From contig NC_045708.1 in NCBI RefSeq assembly GCF_009834535.1, forward strand, positions 5,580,001 to 5,644,000: a DNA stretch of 64,000 nucleotides, read 5' to 3'. Position numbers and translations under genes: made by a program. This stretch comes from Camelus ferus. Its lineage: Eukaryota. The notes below the pieces were generated by a model. It was not told the origin of the DNA and searched no databases. It was given only the letters and a program-made list of their open reading frames with translations. This document shows positions 39,986 through 52,203 of the stretch, one piece after another (the stretch's first letter is position 1; each line of letters opens with the position of its first letter).

Positions 39986-40684
39986 CACTCATTTAACTCA
40001 ACATGTTTGTGCCAGAGGCCCACCTGTCAGACTCTGCCCTGGGAGCTGAGGGCACAGTCCCTGCCCCAGAAGGCTGAAGTTCATCAAGGAAGACAATCAC
40101 TTGAATAGTCACAAACACATGCAGAGTTCAAAGAACTCTGACGGAAATAAGGTCTAATTATCTCAACTGAATTAAAATGAACTGTCTTAGCTTCGTCCCA
40201 AAGTATCAGAGAGCAGACAAGAGACTTGAGTTTTCTTTCAGATTTGCTGTAAAGATATGGTCAAGAACCAGTTCCCTCCCCGATCAGAAACTGCTCCGTA
40301 CTCATGACTGTCGGTTTGGGAGGAGATTCACAAATGCACACATAATTTCCAATCTCTCTTCAGCCCATATTTTCTATTTTTTCTCTCATTCTGTCAGATA
40401 GTTGTTTTGCAGCTTTAAAATGAACGTGTGTCTGGTGGAAGGACAACTTTGTTCAATAATGACCAAAAAATAAAAGGAAAAATGAACTTGGAAAAAGGAT
40501 CAGGACCAATGAACAACTGAAGAATCACAGACATGGTGAACCTCAGGTTGTAGGTGCATCAGGGTCTTCCAATTAATTCTTAAGCTAACACACCAGCCAA
40601 GTCTCGGAAGTGGTCAAAGGCAGAGGGATGTTATGAGCAGATTCACAGACTGCAAAATTTATGTTGCCAGAGGAACGTTTTATC

Positions 40685-40803
40685 GGGGTGGGGGGGGGTG
40701 ATTAGGTCATTTATTTATTATTTTTTAATGGAGGTGCTGGGGATTGAACCCAGGACCTTGTGCAGGCGAAGCATGTGCTCTACCACTGAGCTACACCCTC
40801 CCC
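40685..40803 (-). mobile_element. Vic-1-type SINE
   Basis: Reverse complement reads gggagggtgtagctcagtggtagagcacatgcttcgcctgcacaaggtcctgggttcaatccccagcacctcca plus tail. Confidence 0.92.
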
Positions 40804-42983
40804 TCAAGGAACACTTCAAATGTAAGGATCAACCTCAAATTCTGATTCAAGATGTTGATATAATGACAGGAAAAGCTAATAATAGGATGATATTTGGGGG
40901 AACTTTTACACAGACCCCGGTAGTAACTACATGTCCTCACCATCTCAACAGATGGCTATATGCGAGCCCCACAGATGCACGTCTCATGAGGCCAGGCCAG
41001 CTAGCCAAGCAGGAGGACCCTAGCCAGAGTGGATTCAGCCACAAGAAGAGCTTCCTGATCACATCTGATTTGCTAAATGCAAAAAAAATTGAAGAAGAAT
41101 TGAAGAGAACAACACAAAGGCAGTTCCAGTGTCCTCCTACCAAGTATTCCCCTGACTCAGACAATGGGTTTTCTGAACCGAGTCAGAAACTCGAGTCCTG
41201 CAAGGGTCCCACATGCGCCAGGCCCAGCCCCTCAGTCTAGAGGAAGGGCCCTTCCAGACTCACAGAAGGAGCGGGAAGGAAGAGCAACGGCACTTCCAAG
41301 GGAAGTGAAAGAAGACAAGTTTCAGAAGCAACACTACATGGTACGGGGAGAAGTAAAAGGGGGGATCTGCCCAAAACTTCCAAACGCAATGTTCAAATAT
41401 ACGTGATCATAAGCGGAAGGCAGCCCTGACATGAATGGAGAAAGAGAGCAAAAAACGGTAGGTGATAAAGTGCATTAACCCTAAGTTATCCCTGTAAAGT
41501 CATCTCCTTCATTACAATCCTAAAATTGAACCTGCTAGGAGCCAGATTCTATTTCAGTAATATTTTCACTGGTATAATTCATCATTTGCCTTCCTAAAAA
41601 TTTTCCATCCTGTAAATCAGGGGCCTCCTCTGACAGGAGCTAACCACACACAGCTCCACACTGATACACCACGAAGAGCTCACGTGAAGAATTCCTCCCC
41701 GTACCATCAACGTGCAGTAAAGGTCTTCCCCCACCTATGAGTTTTTCATTTGCACGTTCTTCTGTATTTCATGCTACCTTTTACCCTGACAAATGCGCAA
41801 AACTTAAGTGTCCCTTCAAAATTTGTTCCCAACTTCTATCAGAAGAAAGGGGAGAGGAAACAAAAAGGAACAATTAATACAATTCAAAAACTTCACTTAA
41901 TATCTATTCGGGTAAGAATTCAACTTGTCCTAAATCTGCTTATTATGATCGGCTCCCTAAGTTAACTCCAGTGAGAGCTGTCTGTCTGAGCCCTGTCTGC
42001 AAACAGGACACACAAAAAAGCATAACCTCCCCTCACAGAAAAGACTGGAGTCCAGTCCCACCAAGCAGAGGGCACAAAACCCGGTCTTGGGAATGCCTCC
42101 ACCTTCTCAGGCATCAACTCCTCCCTTTACTCCTCCCCTACAGAATTCACAAGTCACACAACAAAACAGACATACACAACAAATGCCATCTTTGCTGAAA
42201 CAAACAAAATAAACAAAAACCCTGGAATCTCAACTTCTAACACAAATGTCAATGCACATGTTTCTTTTTTAATTGCCAAGAAAATGTCCATAAGCTCCAA
42301 AAGACAGGATGGACTGCTTCCTTTGGAAGCAATAGAAAATTATGTGACATATAAGTTATCATTTCTTAAAAAAAAAATCCATTTTAAGGTGATACAGTTG
42401 CAACCATAATCCACAACTGTCCCCTGCGTATGTCAAAACGTATGCACCATTTCATTTTCAGACTTCAGAAAAAGAGCACAAGAATTATAATTTGCTCAAG
42501 CAAACAGGCTCTCAATCAAAACAAGTTCCACCCACCTTCAAAGCAACCAATAGCTGCCCACCTACCACCCTTCCTAAACCGTCCAAACAGAGCGGCTCTC
42601 GGCCCGCCGGTCCCACCAGCCACACAGCCAGCCGGCCGGCCAACCTGCGGGCTTGCTCTGCAGGTGCCTGAAGGCCAACAAGCACCAGACACCCAGCGAA
42701 TCCCGGGTTAAAACTGCACCCGGAGAGGAAGAGGTGAGGGGAAGGGGGAGAGGACAGGGACCAGGGGGACCCAGAACGTTCTCCATTTGCTTAATGATCT
42801 CCGAGGAGACCCCACTCTCAGCTCTGATCTCACGCTTCGCGACACCACCGACCAGGCCAGCCAGGGCTGATGCAGGCTCAGAACGAGCACCGGGAATGAT
42901 GGCATGGTTCATAAACATCCTCCGAAGTGAGAAAGGGCAGCGACACCATCACTCTGGAGGTGAGGCCAGAGGAGGGAGCCTAC

Positions 42984-43009
42984 CTGCAGGGGCTGAGCGG
43001 CTCGTCCAT
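42984..43009 (-). CDS. RERE: Coding part of a putative alternative first exon of RERE (MDEPLSPC + phase-2 AG), in frame with exon 29380-29428
   Basis: ATG GAC GAG CCG CTC AGC CCC TGC AG|gtaggc; Kozak gtcATGG (G at -3 and +4); in-frame TAG 24 nt upstream; donor phase 2 matches the 49-nt exon acceptor; CpG-rich context. Confidence 0.78.
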
Positions 43010-43122
43010 GACTAACAGGCTCTGCTGAGTCTAGCTGTGTCCTCGGCTCTCTACTGACTGTGGAAACTCTGCCCTTTTCTACTCTAACAACTCAAAATGG
43101 AGGCACATGCCGTCTGAGAGAC

Positions 43123-43254
43123 NNNNNNNNNNNNNNNNNNNNNNNNNNNNNNNNNNNNNNNNNNNNNNNNNNNNNNNNNNNNNNNNNNNNNNNNNNNNNN
43201 NNNNNNNNNNNNNNNNNNNNNNNNNNNNNNNNNNNNNNNNNNNNNNNNNNNNNN
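43123..43254. other. Assembly gap (132 N) inside the putative intragenic promoter
   Basis: Run of N flanked by GC-rich sequence. Confidence 1.
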
Positions 43255-46200
43255 CAATCTCAGCCCTGCCGTTTCCGTAAATAAAGCCCAGCCGGCAGCC
43301 TCCGCAGCCTCCCGCACACCAAGCTAGTGTGCAGGGAAGTGGGGCCTTGGCAGGGGGATCCAGACAGCCGACCCCGGGCACTCGGCGAGCAGGGCCGTCG
43401 AGAGGCTCGGTCAAGACAACAAGTTTTGTTCTGTCTTTTCTTTTAAAAAAATTAATTATGCTTTTAAATAACAAGATCATCAAGAAAGAACAGAATCAAA
43501 AAGCACAGATATGAATGAGTCTCTGTGAGACTGATTAACAGAAATACTGCAGTATACTTAAAAACACAGCAGTGGCTACTCTAGGGGAGCAACCCCACAC
43601 ATTTGTTTTTGGAGACTTTGACCGTTCGGAAAAGGGCCACAGCAACAGTGCTGGGCAAGTTACGGAGCACTGGGTGTCATCACGGCTACAGACAGGGTGG
43701 AAGGCCCAGCAAGTGGAGTATGCAAATGAAGAACACCGTATTTTATGCAAAGAGCTCAGTCTCCCTTAGATAAGAAGTTCTAAAATCACCTGAATAATAA
43801 ATAAAAATATCTCCTAACTCGATACTAACCCAATCAAGGGTGTGCAGCACAAGTACTGTCCTTCTCACAACAAGAAGCGCAGGAAGGCTCAGATCAGGAG
43901 GTCAGAGAACACCCTGCCACAAACACCCGAGCACCTGACCACCTCAGGGTCGGTCTCGACTCAAAACTCCAGGCAGTTCTTTGTGACGCTGCCCATGAAA
44001 GCTAAATTCATTTCAAATTTAATCAGAAAAGACTTCTAAAGCCACATAAGGAAGACCACACCATCCTGGTCACACTGAGCACCACGAAGTTTTCACACTG
44101 CCCACAGCACCAGCCAGAACATTTTCTGTTAAAAATCCTTAAAAACACGTTTTGTGGCCTCTTCCCCAACCTCTACCTCCAACAGTAGGCAAACTGGGCT
44201 GTCAGCCATGTAAGAAATCCTAGTTCTGCATGTGGACGTCGGCTTAGTTTCCATTTGCAAACTAAGAAATGATTCTACATATGATTACTTAGCTATAATG
44301 TTAAAACAAAAGGAATACCATGAAACTCTCAAAATTTTATAAAGGACAAGAGAGGGTAGGAAGGGGCAGTACCAACTCTGTTTCCCACAAATGTAATGGA
44401 GTGTGAAGAAATTAAACCTGCTTAAAAGAAGATTCAGTGTCCTCAAGATTCCTAAACACAGAACCCATCTCCCTTCCTCAGTGTCCCTGTTTATGCTCTC
44501 AAATAAACTAAATTGAGACTATGATTAAATAATAAAATTTTCATCTTGCTGAAAATGTAATTTACACAAGAAATGCCAAACACAGTTTGGTCAAAGTTTT
44601 ACTTTTGACCCCGCACATGAAGCAAGTGTCTACACATTGGACGACCACCTTACCTATTGCTATCTGAGACATCATGTCCCTAGAAATTTGACTAGAAACA
44701 GTCTAGAGACAAAGACTTTCTAAAAACAAGAGCAGCTGAATTGGAACCTAGCAGCCAAACAGCATAAATATGACCACCAAAATGTTTCCTTCAAAAGTGC
44801 TTTAAAAAAATAAGTAAACCCTTTCACATGTAAATTACTTACTTGGAGAAATCAGCATAAAATAATAATTTTAAAAATTCATCATTACTCTGAAAAACCA
44901 CGGGAGCTGTTCCATGGAACACAGGATACAAACAGTTCTTGTGATGGCAAGTCAAGAAATGTGGACTATAATCTTGGTCCCACAAAATGCCATGAGCAAC
45001 ACTAGGGGCAAGTTACCAACATCCTACGGCCGCATCTCTGGGATACTGGATCCCAGGAGTGAACCCTGCCCATGTCAACACCCTCTTCATTGCCTTTCTT
45101 GACACTGTCAGCCCACAGCTGTCCTTTCCATACCACTTGGACAGGCTTTCCTCCTCCCATGACCCCTCAGGCAGCATACCCCAGGGCTCACTCTTGAGGC
45201 CTCCTCTCTTTCACAATCTCCCGTGTGAAGAAGCCACGCCCTCCTCCAACAAGCTCCTCTCTGGAGACAGCTCTTCACTAGGAGCAGCCTGCACATCTGA
45301 GGGAGAACTCTGTTCTCCTGCTGAACCTTAACTCATCACGCCCTTTGCTGGGGCGCCTCAACTCTCTTAACAGATGCTAAGCTCAAAATACTCTTCACTG
45401 AAGCCACACAAGTCTCTCGTTTTGTACCTCAAAAATATACATAACTGGATGCACTGAGAACGGCACAGTAGCACTCACACATAGTTTACACCTAGAAGGA
45501 TTACATAAGATAATCTAATCGTGAGGAGTATCAACACAACAAATCGAAGAATTTTGGCAAAACTGGCTTCTACTCTTCAAAAATGTTAATATCACAACAA
45601 AACAAACAAACAAACAAAAGGCTAGGAAACATGTTATGAAAACAAAGGATATTAAAGAGATACAACAACTAAACACCAATGCATGACCATAGGGGAAAAA
45701 TCACTATGAAGGTCAGTGTTAGAAAAACTGGCAAAATTTGAATGTGGACTGTATTAGACTATATGGTATTATAGCAACATTAACTTTCCTGATTTTGATA
45801 ACTATACCATAGGTTATGTAAGAGAATGTCTTTGTTCTTGGACATTTAAATATTTAAGGGGAAAGCAACTTGACATCTGCATTTCATTCTCAAATGGTTC
45901 AGGAAAGGAAAATACTATGGAGAGAATAATTAATCAAGGATGGCAAACACAGAGAACATCACGGCAAAACAGATGATCAGCAAATCTGTAGTAAAGTTCA
46001 AAAGGTAACACATAAAGTAAAATCAATACAAATAAAATAATAAAGCAAATACTGGAAAATGTTAACAACTAGTGAACTGGGTGAAAGACACATGAGTTCC
46101 ACGTGCTAAACTTTAACTCTTAGTTATGAATATAAAATTACACGCGGAAAATTTTTAAATATATAAAACAAAAAATACCTGGTAGTAGCCTTCAGCCCTC

Positions 46201-47379
46201 ACTCCTCACGGAATCTGGAGAGTGGACACACCAGTGGCAGTGAGTGACCTGCCTCGCTACCTGCTTCCAGAGCACTCTCTAATCCCCAAACTAAATCCAC
46301 TGAAGACCCAGCTGAAGTTCAATCCAGCCTCAGAATATGGGCTCAGGCCTCCTCATCAGAGGAAATGAGGGAGCCCTGGAACCTGGTGGTTTGGTAATTA
46401 AGCCAGTGTGCACTTTTAACCATACATTCCAATTCTAGAAACAGGCCCTGTTTCCACTGACGTCTTGTCTTACACTGAGGACACCTGGAACCTACTCAGT
46501 GCTGACAGGCCTCGAGGACCTAGGCCTTGCCTTCTCCACTGGTCTTGAACACTAGATGCTTCCTTACTGCTGACAACCTGCCCGGACCTCACTCCTGCTT
46601 CCCTTGCCTGTCGTGCTGCCTGCAGGGTAATGCCCGCACTTTGCACACGGGCCCCCAGGTGCTTCCTTCTGAGGCCTGCTGCTGGGTCTCCCCAGAAGTC
46701 CTGTGATCCCAGCACCTCCCCGCTGTCCCTGGATCTTAGACCCCCTCTCGCCTCCAATTAACCCCTAACCCGGAGAGAACAGGGGAAGGATTAGCACTTC
46801 TAAACAAAGGGGAGTTGGGGCTGAGCAGGTGAAAAGCATATATTATATTAATATTTTTTCTAAAATTAAAAATTAATATTATACAAAAACTGACTGAACA
46901 ATCACTCTGTCCATTCTAGTACTTAATTTTTAGCGAGCAGAAAATCTGTTCATCAAAGGTAAAGTAACAGCTGTAACATGGACACTTCCTAGATTTAATT
47001 TTAAAGTTGTTTCTACTTACCAAAAATAGAAAAATGTATTTACAATAAGAAACTGTAAAGCAAAAATAGCAAAGAAAAGTAACATTCAGGAAACTCCAGA
47101 GAAAAAAACACTTGCTGGAAAGAAGATACCCTGACTCCTATTAGTACTACTTTCCCTTCAAGAGAAGGGAAGGTTTCAGAAACAGTTCATTTAAATTTTA
47201 TTTTGTGACTGTCCCTGCTGTGTGGAAATGCAGCTGAGTTTTTACATCTGACGGTCTTACAGCCAGCAAGCAGGCTGACTTATCTGTCAGTTCTAACTAT
47301 CCTGTTCACATGTTTTCTCAGATTTTCTATGCTAAAAACTATTGCACCATCTTAATAAAGTTTCATTTCATCACTCTCG

Positions 47380-47930
47380 ATTCTCGTGTATTTTCTTTTT
47401 CATGTCTTCACGGTCATGGGAATCCTTCTATTCTTTCTGATTTTAGAGAAAACACTTCCAACACGGCCCTTAAGTATGGTCCTTGCTGTAGGTGTCTGGT
47501 AAGTATTCTGCCAGAATAAGGAAGTTTCATTATACAGTTAACTCGTTAAGAGTTTCCCCCCACCTAGTACTGAATGGGTGTTGAATATTATCAAGTGTTT
47601 TCCTACATCAAGATGACTGTATATTTTTTCTTCTTCAATATGTTTAAAACTTTATAAAATACAGTAACAGATCATTATTAAACCATCCTTGTATTCTATA
47701 AACCCGACTAACTTGGACAAGCCTATTTTTCATGCTTTGCATATTCCACTTTCTAATATTTTAGTTAAACATTTTACATGCCTGTTTATAAGACTAACCT
47801 ATAAATTTTACTTTTTTATCTGGTTTTGATATAAAGGTTTTACTAATAAAATAACTTGGGGAACGTACACCATCTTTCTCTGTTCTCTGGAACACTGGTA
47901 GAATTCACCTATAAAGTGTGAGTCTAATTT
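47380..47930 (-). mobile_element. Old L1ME-like ORF2 fragment
   Basis: gaatgggtgttgaatattatcaagtgttttcctacatc, aaccatccttgtattc and other antisense L1 motifs. Confidence 0.65.
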
Positions 47931-47959
47931 TTTTTTTCATCTAATGAGAAGAAAGGGAG

Positions 47960-48235
47960 TGTCCTGTACAAATGATGAAAACGGTCTTTAAAGGGAGAAG
48001 GCATGCATTTTTACCCACTTCCTCTTTCTTCCAGCCTTAAATTTGGATGTCAGGGCCACCATTCCATCACCACCTTGGGCACAAGGTAAGAGCTGAAGTT
48101 AGGGACAGTAGAGGGTGGGTCTCTGATGTCTGGAGGGCCTCATACCAGCCTAGGATTGCTTCCTTTCAAACTTGGCTTATTGAGAGAGAAATAAAAATTC
48201 TACTTAAAGTCTGTTACATAGTCTCTTTATGACAG
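47960..48235 (+). mobile_element. Old MLT1-like LTR fragment
   Basis: ttattgagagagaaataaaaattctacttaaagtc 3' motif. Confidence 0.55.
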
Positions 48236-49924
48236 CTCTGGCACTGAAGTTCTCAGATGTGTATCTCATCAACTGTTTTACCTGACTCAAGTTGAAGGCA
48301 CATAGTTTCTTCCAACATTTTGGAATTTCTGACAGTGAGCTCAGCATTCAAAGATCTGCATCTGCAGATACCCCTGCAGGTTCTGAATGAGGGTGTGTCC
48401 TTCTCCATAATTGTACGTGTGCTTCTGTCAGCTGTCCAGGGCAGCTCACTGGTACAAGACCACTTTTTACATTATCTTCTCATCCTGGAGTTCTCGTATT
48501 TTTCAAGAGTGTAAATTCAAGCCCCAACACTTATGGCGGCAAGGCCCAAAGTTATGAACTGTAAGGGGAATTCTCCTTCTATTCCTCCTCTTCTGTTTTT
48601 GATCTAAAGTCCCAAAGCCAAAAAGGTTTTCCCTGTCACTTCCCTCCAGTTCCAGAGGTAGTTCACCCTAGTTCACCTTCCACCAAAAGGACAGACCTTT
48701 GTTGATCCTAACTTTGTACAGGCTCTCAGCTCCAACTCCCAAAACACTTGAAATCAAGACCTCATCTCCTGTACCTGGTGGGTGTTAAAACCAAAGACCC
48801 TGCGTGAAGGAGACAGACGATGACCCGACCTTCTCACTGTGGGCTGCTGAACTTCTCAGTTCTCCTCATTCTTGCAAGCTCAGCTCTGCATTTATTACTG
48901 CTGTATTTTATTCAACATTTGTAGATATTTACTGGCAGAACCTTTTTTGGAATTAACAAATCTAATTTTTGGGGTCTTATTAAAGTTCTTTTATATTCAC
49001 TAGGCTGTGTCTCCAGATGGACTTGTGTGCTCAACTGTCTCCAACACGTGCCACCTCAGGGAAATGCTCTGAGAGTTCAGTGTGATGGCAGAGCAAAAGC
49101 AACAAGAAAATATTTATACCCAGCTCTAGCTTCTTGTACCTGAAAGCAATACAACTGCCACGAGCTGTGATGAGTAGAAAAGGTGGCTTCACTAAAACAG
49201 AAACAAATTTAGAACTCCAAATTAACTGAGATAAAGGGGATCTCGAGTGCCACTTTCCAGGTGAAGTATAAATATTTATGTTGAAAAAGGATGGTCACAG
49301 TGTTATCTGACCATATTATTTAAGTACTGGAAAAGCCATAAGTGTTCAACAATATGAGAACAGATGAATTATGGGACATCCATATGATGGCCTATACAAG
49401 GTGCTCATTAAAATATTTTTGTAAAATGTTTAATGACATGGTACTCTGCTCATAATAGAAGATGAATGAATAGAGGAATGCATGATATGTACATCATATA
49501 TAAAGAATATTTTGATGACAATCTTAATATATACACATACACCTATACATATGCACACAGATGTATATTTAAGGAAAAACTCAAATATAGGTTATAGAAT
49601 TACATATTCTATCAGTTTGCTTCTTTAACTTCTGTGTTTGTCAAGTTATTCTCCAGTGAACACATACTTTTTTCTTCATTAGAAAAACTAAAAGTTATTT
49701 GCCAGCTCAGCCATAAGAAAATTCACTTGTAAGTGACCCAATCTGTGATGAAATCACAGAAATTAAGAGCACATGTTTTGAGTCAAATAGGTTTGGGGGT
49801 TTCCTGTTTACTAACTGTGTGCCTTAGGTAGCTGTTTAATATAGCATCAATTTCTTCATTTATAAAATAAAGATATTACCAGTTTCACTGAGATCTTATG
49901 GTAATTTAAAAATTAAACAATTTA

Positions 49925-50081
49925 GGGGGCGGGTATAGCTCAGTGGAAAAGTGAGTAGTAACATGTCTAGCACGCACGAGGTCCTGGGTTCGATCCCCAG
50001 TACCTCCATGAAAAAATGAATAAATAAACCTAATCAACTCCCCCAACAAAAGACCTAAAAAACAAAACAAAAACATATTTA
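49925..50081 (+). mobile_element. Vic-1-type SINE with ~17-bp target-site duplication
   Basis: tRNA-Ala-like head; TSD aaaaattaaacaattta (49908-49924) vs aaaaattaaacgatcta (50082-50098). Confidence 0.92.
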
Positions 50082-50364
50082 AAAAATTAAACGATCTAGT
50101 GCAAAGTCAGCACCCACTACATGGTAGTAGCAGCTATTCTCCCACACACCTTGACAGATGACATTACAAAATTTGATTCCTTGAGGTAACACTAAGGAGT
50201 ATCATATGATAAACCTACTAAAAATACAGCTCAAGATGTCAAAACCCACCCATGTGTGGGAGAGAGCAGAGCTGTGACAAGAAATTCTAAGTAAAAATAT
50301 TACAGACAATGAGATACGGTTTTCCACATTTTTAAAAAATAATTTTTAAGTAATTTTAAAAAAT

Positions 50365-50465
50365 TGATTTCAATTAAGTTTATTTGCAATGTTGTGTTAG
50401 TTTCAGGTATAGAGCAAAGTGATTCAGCTACATATATATTCTTTTTTACAGATCCTTTTCCACTG
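50365..50465 (-). mobile_element. Short cetartiodactyl L1 3' tail
   Basis: tttgcaatgttgtgttagtttcaggtatagagcaaagtgattcagctacatat. Confidence 0.8.
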
Positions 50466-50619
50466 TTAAAGATGAGAATCACAAATAAAGAAAAAGGGAA
50501 AAAACTAGCAGGAAACTTGTGATATTGGATTAGAATTAGAAAATCTGGTATGAATTCATGGATACATACATAGACACACACATACAGAGAAAATCTGGTA
50601 TGAACTCATGGGGACACAC

Positions 50620-51515
50620 ACACACACACACACAATGAAATACAAGCTAAAAGTGCACATTGTCTCCCTCCGTCCTTTCCCCAAGCCTGAGAGCAGGGAT
50701 ACAAAGTAACACACACACCTAACACCAGATCTGGGTTCCTAAATAGCATTCTCCAAAATCTGGGACAATCTGACCCAGATGAATGATAGTAACAGACTAC
50801 AAACGACTGAATAAAACAAGCAGCCATCAAGCCATCCTGATATAAATGAATGAATAATTCAAAGTTTGATGAGGAAGAGGATATCTATACGGTCTCAAAG
50901 CAACCTCCTACAAAGCAGTCGTCAACTATAAAAGGAAACAGAGAACTTGCACAATTCCAAAGACTGGCAGACACCACCTTATTCAACAAATCAAAATGAA
51001 CATTACCAGCAATGGGACAAACTAGAATTGTGTAGCACTTGATAGGATGTATAAAAAGAACACACGACTTTTGTATTGTCCCCGTCAAAGATACATGACC
51101 TAAATCTAACGATAAACAAAATAAATACAAACTGAGGGAAAGTCTACAAAATAATTAGCTTATAATCTTCCAAAGTACCAAGGTCATGAAGTGAAGGTAA
51201 GACTAAGAGACTGTTTCAGATTGAAGGAGCCTAAACAGATATGCCAACTAAATCCATAATGCTGAACTGGGTTCCCTTTGCTATAAAACTTGAATGGGGT
51301 CTGAACATTCCAGAGCAGTAATAGTCCCTTGTGAATTTTCTGATTTTGAGGGCTGCATTGTGGCTATGTAAGAGAATGTTTTTATTCATGGGAAATATAC
51401 AATAATACAGCCTCTTGCTGACAACATACTTTCAAACAGTTCAGTTAAGCAAAGGTCTTCTACTGTGCTTGCGACTGTTCTGTAAGGTTGATATTGTTTC
51501 AAAACAAAATAAAAT
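50620..51515 (+). mobile_element. Old L1MC/L1MD-type 3' UTR
   Basis: aattcaaagtttgatgaggaa, gactgtttcagattgaaggagcctaaacagatatg, tctgtaaggttgatattgtttcaaaacaaaa. Confidence 0.75.
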
Positions 51516-52102
51516 AACATGAACCATGAAAGTTAAACACTCAGAGCAGTGCCAGGTGCACAGTCCTCACTAACTATAGCTATTATTAGTAACATAACAT
51601 TGCCACGGTCATGGGAGAGATTAAATATAAATCCTTGCAAGGGCCTCAGTTTGTGATTGCTACTAAGTATAATAATAGTAATGCTTAAACCTCAATATTG
51701 TTTTTTAAAAAGCCCTCCTTTTCTTGGAAGAAGAAAAGCAGAGAGGGCACAGGAGGTTACAGGTGATCCCATGACCGGGGACGTCCTCTCCTGGGTTAGA
51801 CAGAAGAGCAGCTATTACCAAGAGAAGACTCACATTCAAGAAGCAAAGAACCAAGAACATAATCACGTTTCATGCTGCAGACCAAGCCTCTGAAGAGACC
51901 TCTGACACTTGCATAAGCCAGTATTAGAGAGCGGGACGGCTCAGTGACACCGATACACAGAATGCTACATTTTAAATAATACATTCTCTTCACTATCCCT
52001 GAATGCACTTTAGGGACCTAAGAAACTCTTATTTAGCAAGGGGAAACAGACTGGTTCCTGGGAAAATTCATGCTTAATTATTTAAAAGTAAAGACATCTC
52101 GT

Positions 52103-52203
52103 GGGGAGGGTATAGCTCACTGGCAGAGTGTGTACTCAGCATCCATGAGGTCTTGGGTTCACTCTCCAGTATCTCTGCTAAAAAAAAATTAAATAAATAA
52201 ACC
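52103..52203 (+). mobile_element. Vic-1-type SINE
   Basis: ggggagggtatagctcactggcagagtgtgtactcagcatccatgaggtcttgggttcactctccagtatctc plus A tail. Confidence 0.9.

Larger units (their letters stand above)
42570..43400 (-). promoter_or_regulatory. Intragenic CpG/GC-rich promoter-like region around the alternative first exon
   Basis: Local CpG density well above the flanking intron; no recognisable repeat; YY1-like CAAAATGGAGG at 43093-43103; FOX-like GTAAATA at 43277-43283; interrupted by an N gap at 43123-43254. Confidence 0.6.

Noticed and set aside
40698-41240. 180-aa plus-strand ORF
   Set aside because: Starts inside an antisense SINE, has no recognisable domain and no splice support; consistent with a chance ORF.
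42574-43015. 114-120-aa ORFs on both strands read as a retrocopy
   Set aside because: No recognisable parent protein, poly-A tail or TSD; better explained by the GC-rich promoter and first exon.
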